NCBI GenBank assembly: GCA_963835045.1
Contig: CAWIDW010000005.1
Location: 63,210-127,209 of the forward strand
DNA length: 64,000 nt
Direction: 5' to 3'
DNA from: an uncultured bacterium
Lineage (GTDB): Bacteria; Patescibacteriota; Minisyncoccia; Minisyncoccales; Staskawiczbacteraceae
Part shown: positions 23,487 to 33,145 of the stretch, piece after piece
Position numbering within the stretch: the stretch's first letter is position 1
How the letters are laid out: every line of letters starts with the position of its first letter
Notes under the pieces: generated by a model
Seen by the model: only the letters and a program-made list of their open reading frames with translations
What the model was told of the DNA's origin: nothing
Database searches by the model: none
Made by a program: the position numbers and the translations under genes

Positions 23487-25202
23487 ATGAAGGGTTGGAG
23501 ATTAACGGCATTTTTAACTTTTATGTTTTTATTGGCGGCAATTATTATCGGCCGCTTGTTTTATGTCCAAATAATTGACCACGGCATGTATCAGGCCGAG
23601 GCGCTTGGCCAGCAGACGGGATTTCAAGAAGTCCAGGGAGCCCGAGGCGAAATTTTTTCCCAAAATAGCGAAGAAAGCCACGGAGCTTACGGAACGGGTG
23701 ACATCAAGAGTTTGGCGATTAACAAAGATAAGTGGCTGGTTGCGGCTATTCCCAAATTAATAAAAGACAAAAATAGTTTCGCCAATAGCCTTGGAGCTAT
23801 TCTTGCCCAGCCAGCTAACTCCATTCTTTCTGATTTAGCCACATCGGATTCATACGTTATTATCGAAAAAAATTTGTCAGATGACCAGGTCTCTGCCATT
23901 AAAAAAGCCAATTTACCGGGAGCTTCCCTGGAAAATGCGCCCGGCAGATATTATCCCCAGCAATCAATGGCGGCCCAAATGATTGGATTTTTGGGTGGCG
24001 ATGGCAACGGCCAGTATGGCATTGAAGGGTATTACAATACGATTTTAAAAGGTAAAGACGGCATTGCCGAGCAAAAGTCCGGTTTAAATTCCATTGATTC
24101 AAGTGACGCTTCAGATTTAAACGGTTCGGATTTATATTTAACGTTGGATTATAATATCCAGTATCAGGCAGAACAATTGCTCCAGCAAGAAAAAGTCAAA
24201 GATGATATTGATTCGGGCCAAATCGTAGTCATGGATCCTACCACCGGCGCCATTTTGGCCTTGGCCAATTATCCTTCGTTTGATTTGAACAATTATTCCC
24301 AAGAAACCAATTTAGGCATTTTCCAGGACGCGGTGGTCGAAAAATTATTTGAACCCGGATCGGTTTTTAAAGCTTTTACCATGGCTATGGCCTTGCAAGA
24401 AGGCAAAGTTACTCCCGATACCACTTTTGTGGATACCGGCTCCGCGGTTTTTGGAAACAATACTGTTTACAATTTTGATCACGAAAAATATGGCAAAGTT
24501 TCCATGTCAAAAATTTTGGAAAAATCCATTAACACCGGCGCCGTATTTTTAGCCAGCCTCTTGCCCCATCAAACTTTTTTAAATTATCTGGATAAATTCG
24601 GCTTTAACGACAAAACCGGCATTGATTTGCAAGGCGAAGTGGTTTCTCAAAATACATTGCTCAAGCACGGATCTGACTTTCAATTTGCCACCGCCGCTTT
24701 TGGCCAGGGAATTGATATGACCTCTATACAGCTAGTCAAAGCCTTTTCGGTTTTTGCCCATGGAGGCAAAATGGTCAGCCCTTATGTGGTGGCCAAAATT
24801 GTCCATGGCAACGACCAGCAGGTCACCGAGCCCCAAGTTTCGCCGCAAATTATTTCACCAAAGACGGTTTCACAGGTAAATGAAATGTTAATTAACGTGG
24901 TTGAAAAAGGCTACGGCGATGGGGCAAAAATTCCCGGATACTATTTGGCCGGAAAAACCGGAACCGCCCAGGTGCCAATTCCCGGACAAAAAGGTTACTA
25001 CGCCGACAACACCATCCAAAGCTTTATCGGTTACGGCCCGGCCTACAATCCGCAATTTTTAATTTTGGTTAAGTTGGATAATCCCAAAGTGCCATTGTCG
25101 GCTCTTTCAGCCGTTCCGCTTTTTAAACAGCTAGCCCAATACATCATCAACTACTGGCAAATTCCCCCAGACTACACGGGGCCAACTCCGCCGCCACACT
25201 AA
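23487..25202 (+). CDS. ftsI: Penicillin-binding protein 2 / FtsI-type transpeptidase
   Basis: SVFK (SxxK), SINT (SxN) and KTGTA motifs; N-terminal TM helix; dcw context. Confidence 0.9.
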   Translation: MKGWRLTAFLTFMFLLAAIIIGRLFYVQIIDHGMYQAEALGQQTGFQEVQGARGEIFSQNSEESHGAYGTGDIKSLAINKDKWLVAAIPKLIKDKNSFANSLGAILAQPANSILSDLATSDSYVIIEKNLSDDQVSAIKKANLPGASLENAPGRYYPQQSMAAQMIGFLGGDGNGQYGIEGYYNTILKGKDGIAEQKSGLNSIDSSDASDLNGSDLYLTLDYNIQYQAEQLLQQEKVKDDIDSGQIVVMDPTTGAILALANYPSFDLNNYSQETNLGIFQDAVVEKLFEPGSVFKAFTMAMALQEGKVTPDTTFVDTGSAVFGNNTVYNFDHEKYGKVSMSKILEKSINTGAVFLASLLPHQTFLNYLDKFGFNDKTGIDLQGEVVSQNTLLKHGSDFQFATAAFGQGIDMTSIQLVKAFSVFAHGGKMVSPYVVAKIVHGNDQQVTEPQVSPQIISPKTVSQVNEMLINVVEKGYGDGAKIPGYYLAGKTGTAQVPIPGQKGYYADNTIQSFIGYGPAYNPQFLILVKLDNPKVPLSALSAVPLFKQLAQYIINYWQIPPDYTGPTPPPH

Positions 25203-25214
25203 AAATAGTATCCA

Positions 25215-25245
25215 TAAAAAAAGCCTGACGTTTTTGGTCAGGCTC
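25215..25245. terminator. Bidirectional terminator between convergent genes
   Basis: agcctgac..gtcaggct flanked by an A-run and T-rich loop. Confidence 0.6.
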
Positions 25246-25252
25246 AAACTGG

Positions 25253-25819
25253 TCAATGCGGGTTCAATAGAACCGGCTTTTTTTCTTCAAAGATGTTGAG
25301 TAAACTCCCAATTCCAACAAAAACAACTGCCATCAGCGCAATGGTTACCACAACCATGCCTATAATTGAAAGAACGTTGAGGGTTGGGAATACCTTGAGA
25401 ATGTTTCCTTCTTTTTTGATGCGGCCAACGTAATACGTTTCTCCCCAAATCTCGTTGAGGTCAATGACTTTTTGGGCATAGCGGGGAACATCGGGATTGG
25501 CGGGATTTGGGTAAAAAACCCTTAGTGCAATTTTGTAGGCGTTGTCGTCATGGGGATTTTGGGTCGATCCGTAGATAAGTACAGCTTCCGGCCCCCAGTT
25601 TGAAACAGTTTCAAAGTCGTCGGTGATTTCCAGTGCCACTGGGTGCATTATGTGGGAAGCGATGATCATGCCCTTAAATTTTGGAAGCTCTACCACATAA
25701 GGCGACGGGGCGGTTGAGAAAAAATAAATGGGTCGGATGAGGAATGCGTACATGAGACAAGAGCCGACGCTTCCCAAGAGCAACAAACCTAATAATCGCT
25801 TACCTAATTTTGAGGTCAC
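25253..25819 (-). CDS. Hypothetical membrane protein (SD-bearing islet)
   Basis: GTG 25819 lies 6 nt after AAGGAG; N- and C-terminal TM helices. Confidence 0.5.
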   Translation of the reverse strand: MTSKLGKRLLGLLLLGSVGSCLMYAFLIRPIYFFSTAPSPYVVELPKFKGMIIASHIMHPVALEITDDFETVSNWGPEAVLIYGSTQNPHDDNAYKIALRVFYPNPANPDVPRYAQKVIDLNEIWGETYYVGRIKKEGNILKVFPTLNVLSIIGMVVVTIALMAVVFVGIGSLLNIFEEKKPVLLNPH

Positions 25820-25956
25820 GGCAATCTCCTTGTCAAAGGGCGAAATTGGTAGTGCAACGCTAGCTTCATGCTATCTTAATTTTCTAAATTAGCAACCCGT
25901 TTTTATTGCAAAATAAAAAAGCCCCGGGCACGTCGGCGCGGGGTTTTTGTTTTTGC

Positions 25957-26268
25957 TCAAAAGTGGATTTGGGTGACGGGGTGGTTGGCTAAACGGTAAA
26001 CGATGTAGCCAAATGCTACCGCCAGCGCCGGATTGTAAATGGAATAAAAGAAAGCGTCGTTGATTTCTTTGTCTTCCCGCGGAATTTGCTGGCTGGTCAG
26101 ATATCTGACCACGATGCCAATGCCGGTAGACGACCAAAGCTCCAAAACCGGTATTCCAAAAACCGGAACCACAAACCATCCCCACAAAAGCTTGAGCGCG
26201 ATGCCGTTGAGCACCCACGCAAGGATTTTAATGGGAATGTTAAACGAATGGGATTTTGCGCTGGACAT
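25957..26268 (-). CDS. Hypothetical 103-aa membrane protein (SD-bearing islet)
   Basis: Start moved to ATG 26268 (AAGGAG upstream) because the track ORF start would run into the tRNA gene. Confidence 0.5.
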   Translation of the reverse strand: MSSAKSHSFNIPIKILAWVLNGIALKLLWGWFVVPVFGIPVLELWSSTGIGIVVRYLTSQQIPREDKEINDAFFYSIYNPALAVAFGYIVYRLANHPVTQIHF

Positions 26269-26307
26269 CCAAGACTCCTTTTCAAGGTTCAAAAAACACA
26301 TTGCCGG

Positions 26308-26382
26308 CGCTCTCATGGGGATTTGAACCCCAGTTACGTGGATGAGAACCACGCGTCCTGGACCGGGCTAGACGATGAGAGC
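26308..26382 (-). tRNA. tRNA-Glu (anticodon CUC)
   Basis: Hand-folded cloverleaf: acceptor GCTCTCA/TGAGAGC, D stem GTCT/GGAC, anticodon stem CGTGG/CCACG with loop TTCTCAT, variable loop TAAC, T arm TGGGG-TTCAAAT-CCCCA, discriminator G. CCA is not encoded. Confidence 0.85.
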
Positions 26383-26386
26383 AGTG

Positions 26387-26413
26387 CAAATTTCAAATTG
26401 TAAATTTCAAATT
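26387..26413. repeat. Family A half-element (single arm) upstream of tRNA-Glu
   Basis: caaatttcaaattgtaaatttcaaatt equals the right arm of family A. Confidence 0.7.
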
Positions 26414-26476
26414 AGCCCCACTTTATCACAAAATCGCCCTTTTGTCTAAATATAAAATAGAGTAGAATGAATAAAT

Positions 26477-27601
26477 ATGAACATATTGAGAAACTATCTG
26501 TATCCGATTGTCACCTTGATGGGAAGCATTATCGGAGTGGGTTTTTTATCTCTGCCCTACATCACGTTGGAGGTTGGCATTTGGCCCATGCTTTTTTATT
26601 TTGTGTTCTTGACCGGAGTAGTTTTGTGCATTCACGTTATTTTCGGCAAAATTGCTTTAAAAACTCCCGATTACAAACGTTTCCCCGGATTTGTCGGATT
26701 TTATTTGGGAGACGTCGCCAAGGCCATTACTTTGGTGACGATTATCCTGGCATCCTTTGGAGGTTTACTGGTGTATCTGATTGTTGGCAGCCAATTTTTG
26801 AGCACCTTGCTCCAACCCATCTTTGGCGGTAGCGTATTTATTTACGCGATTGGCTATTTTGTTTTGGCCAGCGCCGTGGTCTACTTGAGTGTTAGGGCTG
26901 TCAGCCGAGTGGAATTTTTTTCTTTTGTCTTTTTGTTTTGCGCGTTTACGCTGATAGCCGTGTCCGAATTTTCAAAAATATCCCTGGGCAATATAGCTCT
27001 TGTCGGTCCCGCATTTTTTACTGACTGGAGAATTTTGTTTTTACCCTACGGGGCCATTATTTTTTCTTTGTGGGGGATTGGACTTATTCCCGAAGTGGAA
27101 GAAATGCTGATGGGCAGAAAAAAATTGCTCAACAGCGTGATTATTATTTCTATTTTAATTTCAGCAGCTATCTATTTGCTGTTTATTTTTTTGGTGCTGG
27201 GAATTTCGGGTACGGCTACCAGTCAGTCGGCACTGGTGGGACTGAAAGGTTTTTTGGGCGAAGGACTGTTTGTGGTGGCGATGTGCATCGGAGTGGTGAC
27301 GACATTTACTTCATTTGTTACCCAGGGACTTTTTTTAAAAAAAGTATTTGTCTATGACATGAAGTTTCCGGAAGGCGTTGCCTGGATCATAACCTGCGTC
27401 GTTCCACTGATCCTCCTGCTGGCGGGATTTAATTCTTTCATTGACCTGATATCACTGGTGGGCGGATTTATCCTTGGCATCGAAGGCATTTTAATTTTGC
27501 TGATGTATCGAAAAATTGGAGGCAAACTGATAGTCATTTACCCCTTGGCAATCGTATTTTTATTGGGGGCAGTCTACTCGGTGGTGTACTTTGTAAGATA
27601 A
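26477..27601 (+). CDS. Amino-acid permease-like transporter (about 11 TM)
   Basis: Polytopic; N-terminal GSIIGVGFLSLPY resembles the aromatic amino-acid/APC-type permease motif. Confidence 0.5.
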   Translation: MNILRNYLYPIVTLMGSIIGVGFLSLPYITLEVGIWPMLFYFVFLTGVVLCIHVIFGKIALKTPDYKRFPGFVGFYLGDVAKAITLVTIILASFGGLLVYLIVGSQFLSTLLQPIFGGSVFIYAIGYFVLASAVVYLSVRAVSRVEFFSFVFLFCAFTLIAVSEFSKISLGNIALVGPAFFTDWRILFLPYGAIIFSLWGIGLIPEVEEMLMGRKKLLNSVIIISILISAAIYLLFIFLVLGISGTATSQSALVGLKGFLGEGLFVVAMCIGVVTTFTSFVTQGLFLKKVFVYDMKFPEGVAWIITCVVPLILLLAGFNSFIDLISLVGGFILGIEGILILLMYRKIGGKLIVIYPLAIVFLLGAVYSVVYFVR

Positions 27602-27742
27602 TTTGAAATTTACAATTTGAAATTTGAAATCAATTTGAAAATCTTGAATTTGAAATGATTAAAACCCGACGTCACGTTTTCAAATTCAATTATTTAAACA
27701 TTTACGTATTGATTTCAAATTGTAAATTTTAAATTTCAAATT
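27600..27742. repeat. Intergenic imperfect palindrome, family A copy 2 (core CGACGTCACGTT)
   Basis: Outer arms aatttgaaatttacaatttgaaatttgaaatcaat / attgatttcaaattgtaaattttaaatttcaaatt; inner stem gaatttgaaa/tttcaaattc. Confidence 0.85.
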
Positions 27743-27748
27743 AACATT

Positions 27749-28720
27749 ATGTTCTGGCTTTTCTTCGTCATCATCTTTATTGTTTCTTGCCTGGTGTTGT
27801 CCTGGTTGAGTTCGCGTTTAATTAAGTCGCTGGTGGAAGTGGCCCGGTATTTGCAGTGGCGGGAATTTATCATTGCTTTTTTTGTCATGGGTTTTGCCGC
27901 GTCACTGCCCAATTTATTTGTTGACCTGCCGGCGGCGCTTTTGCACCTGCCTCAAATTTCGCTGGGAGATATTATCGGCGGCAACTTGGTGGACTTAACT
28001 TTGGCCATGGCCGTGATTATCTTTTTTACCAAAAAACCTATTTCCACCAAAAGTGAAATGATCCAAGGAAGCGCGTTTTTTACTTTTCTGATTGCCTTGT
28101 TACCGATTTTACTCATTGCCACCGGCAACGTCACCCGGGCCGACGGCGTTATTTTACTCCTGGCATTTTGTGCCTACACCTACTGGCTTTTTTCCAAAGA
28201 CGCCAGATACAAAAAAGTGTACCGATTATCGCATCAAGAAGCCGTGGCTCCCGGCAAACGTTTTGTGGGTTTTTTAAAAAATTTGGCGCAGATTGTGGTT
28301 TTGATAGTGTTGCTCTTGATCGCCTCGCAAGGAGTCATTACCAGCGCCCAGTATTTTTCCCAAAACTTAGGCATTTCACTGTCGCTGGTGGGAGTGTTGA
28401 TTGTGGCCCTGGGAAACTGTTTTCCGGAAACGTATTTTGGCCTTATTTCCGCCAGAAACGGCGAAGGCTGGATGATTATTGGCGACATGATGGGGTCGGT
28501 GATTGTCTGCGCCACCTTGGTGCTTGGAATTATTGCCATCATTTCGCCGTTTCAGATAAGCGACATGTCGCCTTTTTTGATCGCCAGAATCTTCACCATC
28601 GTCGCCGCCCTCTTTTTTATGCTCTTCATTAAAACTGACAAAAAACTCACCAAAAAAGAAGCCCTCCTTTTGCTATCCATTTACATTATCTTTTTACTTA
28701 CCGAAATTTTTATTAAATAA
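27749..28720 (+). CDS. Ca2+/cation antiporter (CaCA, YrbG-like) family protein
   Basis: Two alpha-repeat-like motifs (GFAASLPNLFVD and ALGNCFPETYFG); ~10 TM helices. Confidence 0.7.
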   Translation: MFWLFFVIIFIVSCLVLSWLSSRLIKSLVEVARYLQWREFIIAFFVMGFAASLPNLFVDLPAALLHLPQISLGDIIGGNLVDLTLAMAVIIFFTKKPISTKSEMIQGSAFFTFLIALLPILLIATGNVTRADGVILLLAFCAYTYWLFSKDARYKKVYRLSHQEAVAPGKRFVGFLKNLAQIVVLIVLLLIASQGVITSAQYFSQNLGISLSLVGVLIVALGNCFPETYFGLISARNGEGWMIIGDMMGSVIVCATLVLGIIAIISPFQISDMSPFLIARIFTIVAALFFMLFIKTDKKLTKKEALLLLSIYIIFLLTEIFIK

Positions 28721-28834
28721 GTGTAAGGTTAAAGTTAAAAGATAGTAAAGATTTGTCAATTTTACGCCACGTCGCCAACGAAGTGGTGAAGCTTGTATAT
28801 TTCCACTACGTCAAGCCGCCACGATTCGGAGCTA

Positions 28835-28864
28835 TTGACAATAATACTTAATATGTTCTATAAT
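28835..28864 (+). promoter_or_regulatory. Near-consensus sigma70 promoter upstream of rmuC
   Basis: TTGACA (28835-28840), 18-nt spacer, TATAAT (28859-28864). Confidence 0.55.
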
Positions 28865-28982
28865 TTAGGTATAATAAGAATAGCTCTTTTACATCTAAAT
28901 TAGGGCTTTTACGCCATGGCAATACAAGTAAAGTCAAAGAAGAGATTTTTACAAAACTTTATTTTTAAGTTAAAATAACTTT

Positions 28983-30020
28983 ATGGACATTTCAATTATC
29001 TTTTATATTCTTATTATTGCTGGCATTGGGGCGGTGATTTTTTTATTGCTTCGCAAAAAAGTGGAGCCTCCTAAAAAGGAGGATAATTCTTTGGTGATGT
29101 TGCAAAACCAGATGAATCATATTTCGCAGGTACTCGACAGCAAGCTTTCCGAGTCTAATAAAAACCAACAGTTTCAGTTTAACCAGTCGGCTAAAATTAT
29201 TGGGGACGTGCGTGAGCGGTTGGCTAAATTGGATGAGACTAATCGCCAGGTGGTGAGTTTTGCGGATCAACTTCAAGGATTGCAAGATATTTTAAAAAAC
29301 CCAAAACAGCGGGGAATTTTGGGCGAATATTATTTGGAAACGGTGCTCAAAAATGTCTTGCCGCCATCAAGCTACCAAATGCAGTACGGTTTTAAAGATG
29401 GCACGATTGTGGATGCCATTGTCATGGTGGACAAGCGAATTATTCCCATTGATTCAAAGTTTTCTTTGGAAAATTACAATCGCATGGTGGAAGCCCGCGA
29501 TCCCAATGAAAAAAAGAAATTTGAAACGGCCTTTGTTAATGACTTAAAATTGCGAATTGATGAGACTTCAAAATACGTAAAGCCCGAAGAAAAAACCATG
29601 GACTTTGCCTTTATGTTTATTCCCTCGGAAGCGGTGTACTATGATTTACTCATCAACAAAGTCGGCGCCATGGCCGAAGACACTGACAACTTGGTCTACT
29701 ACGCCGGCAAGAAAAAAGTGGTGGTGGTTTCGCCAACTTCCTTTTTGGCCTATCTGCAAACCGTATTGCAAGGACTTCGCAACCAAAAAATTTCCGAGCA
29801 AGCCCAAAGCATTATTAAAGAGGTTGAGCGCCTGGGCAAACATTTGTTTACCTATTCAGAATACATGTCGCGCCTGGGGGATCATTTGGGCAACACCGTC
29901 AGCTCATTTAACAAAGCCAAGGGAGAACTTTTGAAAATTGATAAAGACGTGGTAAAAATCACCGATGGGGAACTGAAGATTAAAATAGACGAGGTAGATA
30001 GGCCGAGTATTGACGAATGA
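28983..30020 (+). CDS. rmuC: DNA recombination protein RmuC
   Basis: N-terminal TM helix, coiled-coil, ..QRGILGEYYLETVL.. and ..IPIDSKFSLENY.. nuclease-core region. Confidence 0.8.
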   Translation: MDISIIFYILIIAGIGAVIFLLLRKKVEPPKKEDNSLVMLQNQMNHISQVLDSKLSESNKNQQFQFNQSAKIIGDVRERLAKLDETNRQVVSFADQLQGLQDILKNPKQRGILGEYYLETVLKNVLPPSSYQMQYGFKDGTIVDAIVMVDKRIIPIDSKFSLENYNRMVEARDPNEKKKFETAFVNDLKLRIDETSKYVKPEEKTMDFAFMFIPSEAVYYDLLINKVGAMAEDTDNLVYYAGKKKVVVVSPTSFLAYLQTVLQGLRNQKISEQAQSIIKEVERLGKHLFTYSEYMSRLGDHLGNTVSSFNKAKGELLKIDKDVVKITDGELKIKIDEVDRPSIDE

Positions 30021-30050
30021 CATCTTTTTTGGTAAACTCAAAAAAGATAA

Positions 30051-30151
30051 AAACCAAACACCAAGAAACAATAACCAAACAAATTCCAATCTCCAAATTC
30101 AAAATTCCAAACGTGACGAGTTTGTATCTTGTTTCTTGTATCTTGGTTATT
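30051..30151. repeat. Intergenic imperfect palindrome, family E copy 1 (AACCAAGAAACA arms; core AACGTGACG = reverse complement of CGTCACGTT)
   Basis: aaaccaaacaccaagaaacaataaccaaacaaa ... tttgtatcttgtttcttgtatcttggttatt. Confidence 0.8.
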
Positions 30152-30157
30152 TAGAAA

Positions 30158-30493
30158 ATGTTAGCTGTTATAAAAACCGGTGGCAAGCAGTATCTTGTTG
30201 CTCCTGGAGATAAAATTAAAGTGGAAAAATTGGAAGCAGAGGCTGGAAAAGAAGTAACCTTCAGCGAAGTTTTGTTGTGCGACACTTCGTCTGCTGACTC
30301 AGTGCAAGCAAATAGTGTACAGATTGGAGATCCTCTGGTTAAGGGAGCAACAGTGACCGGAAAAGTATTGGAACAAGGCAAGGGAGTAAAATTAATTATT
30401 TTCAAATACAAACCAAAGAAACGTTACAAACGAAAAATAGGACATCGACAGACATTCACCGAAGTTGAAATTTTATCAATTACCAGTAAGTAG
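30158..30493 (+). CDS. rplU: 50S ribosomal protein L21
   Basis: [25 protein letters not shown].. and C-terminal ..[11 protein letters not shown]. Confidence 0.9.
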   Translation: MLAVIKTGGKQYLVAPGDKIKVEKLEAEAGKEVTFSEVLLCDTSSADSVQANSVQIGDPLVKGATVTGKVLEQGKGVKLIIFKYKPKKRYKRKIGHRQTFTEVEILSITSK

Positions 30494-30554
30494 AGAAACC
30501 GCCGTGTTGGCGGTTTTTGTTAGCAAAGCGACTAGTTCTTTTACAAAAGGGGAA

Positions 30555-31502
30555 ATGGACATGGATAGTAATCTCAAGGTAAAAGTGCCACATATTATTG
30601 CGGCCCAAGCATTTGATTTGCCGTGGCTTCACAGGTTTTTTCATCATGCCGAATGCATGTTAAAGCTTGGCAAATGTGATTATCTCTTGGGCAAAACCAT
30701 GATTAGCTTTTTCTATGAACCCAGCACCAGAACTCGGGCTTCATTTGAAATAGCAATGAAAAGCTGCGGCGGCGACGTGATTTTCTCTACGGAGAACGCC
30801 GAACAATTTTCTTCCGCGGCTAAAGGTGAAACGTTGCAAGATACTATCAGGGTGTTGTGCCAATACAGACCCGACGTGATTGTGTTGCGCCATAAAAAAG
30901 AAGGGGCAGCTCTTGAAGCGTCGCAAGTTTCGTCGGTGCCAATTATCAATGCCGGCGACGGACCGGGTCAGCATCCGACCCAGGCGTTGTTGGATTTGTT
31001 TACCATTAAAAAGGAGCTTGGGAGTATTGACGGCGTTTCGATTGCCATGGTCGGTGATTTGCAAAAAGGCAGGACGGTTAGGTCGCTATGCTATCTTTTG
31101 GGAAAGTACAGCTCTGTAAAAATTTATTTTGTCTCACCTGACTGTGCCAGAATAAAGCCCGATATCAAGGATTATTTGCAACGCCATGATGTGCAATTTA
31201 CCGAATCAAATGACCTGCGGATTGTCGCGCCCAAAGTTAATGTTATTTACCAAACACGGATACAAACCGAACGGGGAACCGACTTTGATCTCAATGATGG
31301 GCGCCTAGGTTACTTTGTGGTTAACGCTGATATCTTGCGGTTGATGTGTATTAATGCCATTGTTATGCATCCATTGCCAAGGAACAGTGAAATTCTCACG
31401 GAAGTCGACGATGATCCACGAGCGGTTTATTTCAAGCAAGCCGGCTACGGATTGTATTGCCGGATGGCGCTATTAAAAATGATTCTTACTCCAAGTATTT
31501 AA
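30555..31502 (+). CDS. pyrB: Aspartate carbamoyltransferase catalytic-chain-like protein
   Basis: FYEPSTRTRASFE, GQHPTQALLD and MHPLPRNSEI motifs. Start chosen after the rplU terminator (30486-30512). Confidence 0.7.
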   Translation: MDMDSNLKVKVPHIIAAQAFDLPWLHRFFHHAECMLKLGKCDYLLGKTMISFFYEPSTRTRASFEIAMKSCGGDVIFSTENAEQFSSAAKGETLQDTIRVLCQYRPDVIVLRHKKEGAALEASQVSSVPIINAGDGPGQHPTQALLDLFTIKKELGSIDGVSIAMVGDLQKGRTVRSLCYLLGKYSSVKIYFVSPDCARIKPDIKDYLQRHDVQFTESNDLRIVAPKVNVIYQTRIQTERGTDFDLNDGRLGYFVVNADILRLMCINAIVMHPLPRNSEILTEVDDDPRAVYFKQAGYGLYCRMALLKMILTPSI

Positions 31503-31559
31503 CCTTGGAAGGACCCAAAGAAATTTGGGTCTTTTTTATTTTTAGTGTAGCTTTAAGAC

Positions 31560-32300
31560 ATGGTTTCAGAAAAAGAAATTGGGTGGTTACTCAAGGAAAA
31601 GTATTTGGGTAAACCTAACGCGCAATTTAAAAAAGATGTCGCGCGCCTGCAAAAAGGCGAGCCCTTGGCGTATGTGATTGGGTTTGTGGAATTTTTGGGT
31701 TGCAAAATTGATCTGTCGAAAAGGCCGTTGATCCCACGGCCGGAAACAGAATTTTGGTTAGAAAAAACTGTTAAGGCGTTACCGATTACTGGTTACCCGT
31801 TACGGGTTCTTGATATATTTGCGGGCTCTGGCTGCATCGGCGTGGCGCTTTTAAAACACTACGAAAATATATGGTGCGACTTTGTGGATGTGCAAAAAAA
31901 TTGCTTGGAGCAGATAAAAATAAATTGCAATCTTAATGGGATTGATAAAACAAGATACAATATTATTCAATCTGATATGTTTGAAAATATAAAAAATAAG
32001 TACGATTTTATTTTTGCCAATCCGCCGTACATTCCATCGGACATGAAAAAAACCTTGAACAAATCGGTGGTTGATTTTGAGCCGCATGGGGCGCTGTTTG
32101 GCGGGAAAGATGGATTGAAATTTGTTGACGCGTTTTTGGCCGCGGCCAAAAACGCGTTCGTCCCGGGTGGCAGCATCTATATGGAATTTGATTCGCCTCA
32201 AAAAAAGCACATTGAGAAACTGGTTAAAAAATTTGGTTATAAAACATGCCAATTTCACCAAGACCAATATAGAAAATGGCGATGGGTAGTGATACAATAG
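31560..32300 (+). CDS. prmC: Release-factor glutamine methyltransferase PrmC/HemK
   Basis: DIFAGSGCIG SAM motif and FANPPYIP catalytic motif. Confidence 0.85.
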   Translation: MVSEKEIGWLLKEKYLGKPNAQFKKDVARLQKGEPLAYVIGFVEFLGCKIDLSKRPLIPRPETEFWLEKTVKALPITGYPLRVLDIFAGSGCIGVALLKHYENIWCDFVDVQKNCLEQIKINCNLNGIDKTRYNIIQSDMFENIKNKYDFIFANPPYIPSDMKKTLNKSVVDFEPHGALFGGKDGLKFVDAFLAAAKNAFVPGGSIYMEFDSPQKKHIEKLVKKFGYKTCQFHQDQYRKWRWVVIQ

Positions 32301-32304
32301 CGCT

Positions 32305-32982
32305 ATGAAATCCATTCAGCTTTCGCCCAATTCTTTGAATTTATATCTTGAGTGCGCCTGTTGCTTTTGGCTGGATAAAAATAGGGGAATCAAAAGGCCG
32401 CCGCCGTATCCTTACGCTTTAAATTCAGCCGTGGACGCGTTGCTCAAAGAAGAATTTGACACGTATCGCAAAAGCGGCGAAGCGCATCCGTTATTGGCTA
32501 AAAACCATATCAAAGCCAAGCTTTTTTCAAACCAAGCGCTTTTAAATCAATGGCGCAATAATTTGTCGGGCATTCGCTACTACGATAAAGAATTAAAAGC
32601 CACGCTTTTTGGCGCCGTGGACGATGTTTTGGAATTTGATGGTGGCAAATTGGCCCCTTTGGATTATAAATCCACCGGCAGCAGTGTGGCAAAAGTGTAC
32701 GATCGCTTCCAATTACAAATGGATGTGTATGCCTTTTTGTTGGAAAAAAATGGATTTGCCACCACCGGCAAAGCATATTTGGCGTTTTATGTGGTAGATA
32801 AAAGCAGGGGATTTGTTGACCGCCTGCCGTTTCGCAAAGAAGTCCATCAAATAGAAACCGATACCAAAGAAGTTTACGAAATTTTCAAAGATGCCCTGGA
32901 ACTCTTAAAAAAGGAGGTCATGCCAAAGCACAGTAAAGATTGCTTGTTTGGATTATGGTTAGCGCAGGTAAATAAAGTGTGA
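32305..32982 (+). CDS. PD-(D/E)XK nuclease family protein (Cas4/RecB-like, Cys-containing)
   Basis: N-terminal C..CC cluster, ..GAVDDVLEF..LAPLDYKSTG.. (D..D/E-x-K) and a C-terminal Cys. No CRISPR or cas genes nearby. Confidence 0.55.
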   Translation: MKSIQLSPNSLNLYLECACCFWLDKNRGIKRPPPYPYALNSAVDALLKEEFDTYRKSGEAHPLLAKNHIKAKLFSNQALLNQWRNNLSGIRYYDKELKATLFGAVDDVLEFDGGKLAPLDYKSTGSSVAKVYDRFQLQMDVYAFLLEKNGFATTGKAYLAFYVVDKSRGFVDRLPFRKEVHQIETDTKEVYEIFKDALELLKKEVMPKHSKDCLFGLWLAQVNKV

Positions 32983-33000
32983 TACAATAACGATGTAGTG

Positions 33001-33139
33001 AATTTGAAATTTACAATTTGAAATTTGAAATCAATTTAAAATAGCTAAATTTGAAATGTGTAAAACTGTCACGTTTTCAAATTTAAACATTCAATCATTC
33101 GCTATTGATTCCAAATTGTAAATTTCAAATTTCAAATTT
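33001..33139. repeat. Intergenic imperfect palindrome, family A copy 3
   Basis: The first 35 nt are identical to copy 2; core ctgtcacgttttcaaatt. Confidence 0.85.
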
Positions 33140-33145
33140 ACAGAT

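Noticed and set aside
25258-25270. gcgggttcaatag as a remnant of the tRNA-Glu T-arm marking the far att site of the islet
   Set aside because: It is in the wrong orientation relative to the tRNA, matches only ~9 nt, and lies inside the C-terminal codons of the 25253..25819 gene.
28752-28843. Inverted repeat ttgtcaat ... attgacaa, similar to the island operator half-sites, upstream of rmuC
   Set aside because: The half-sites are 75 nt apart, and the right one is simply the -35 TTGACA of the rmuC promoter. The similarity to the island operator is most likely a consequence of the -35 consensus.
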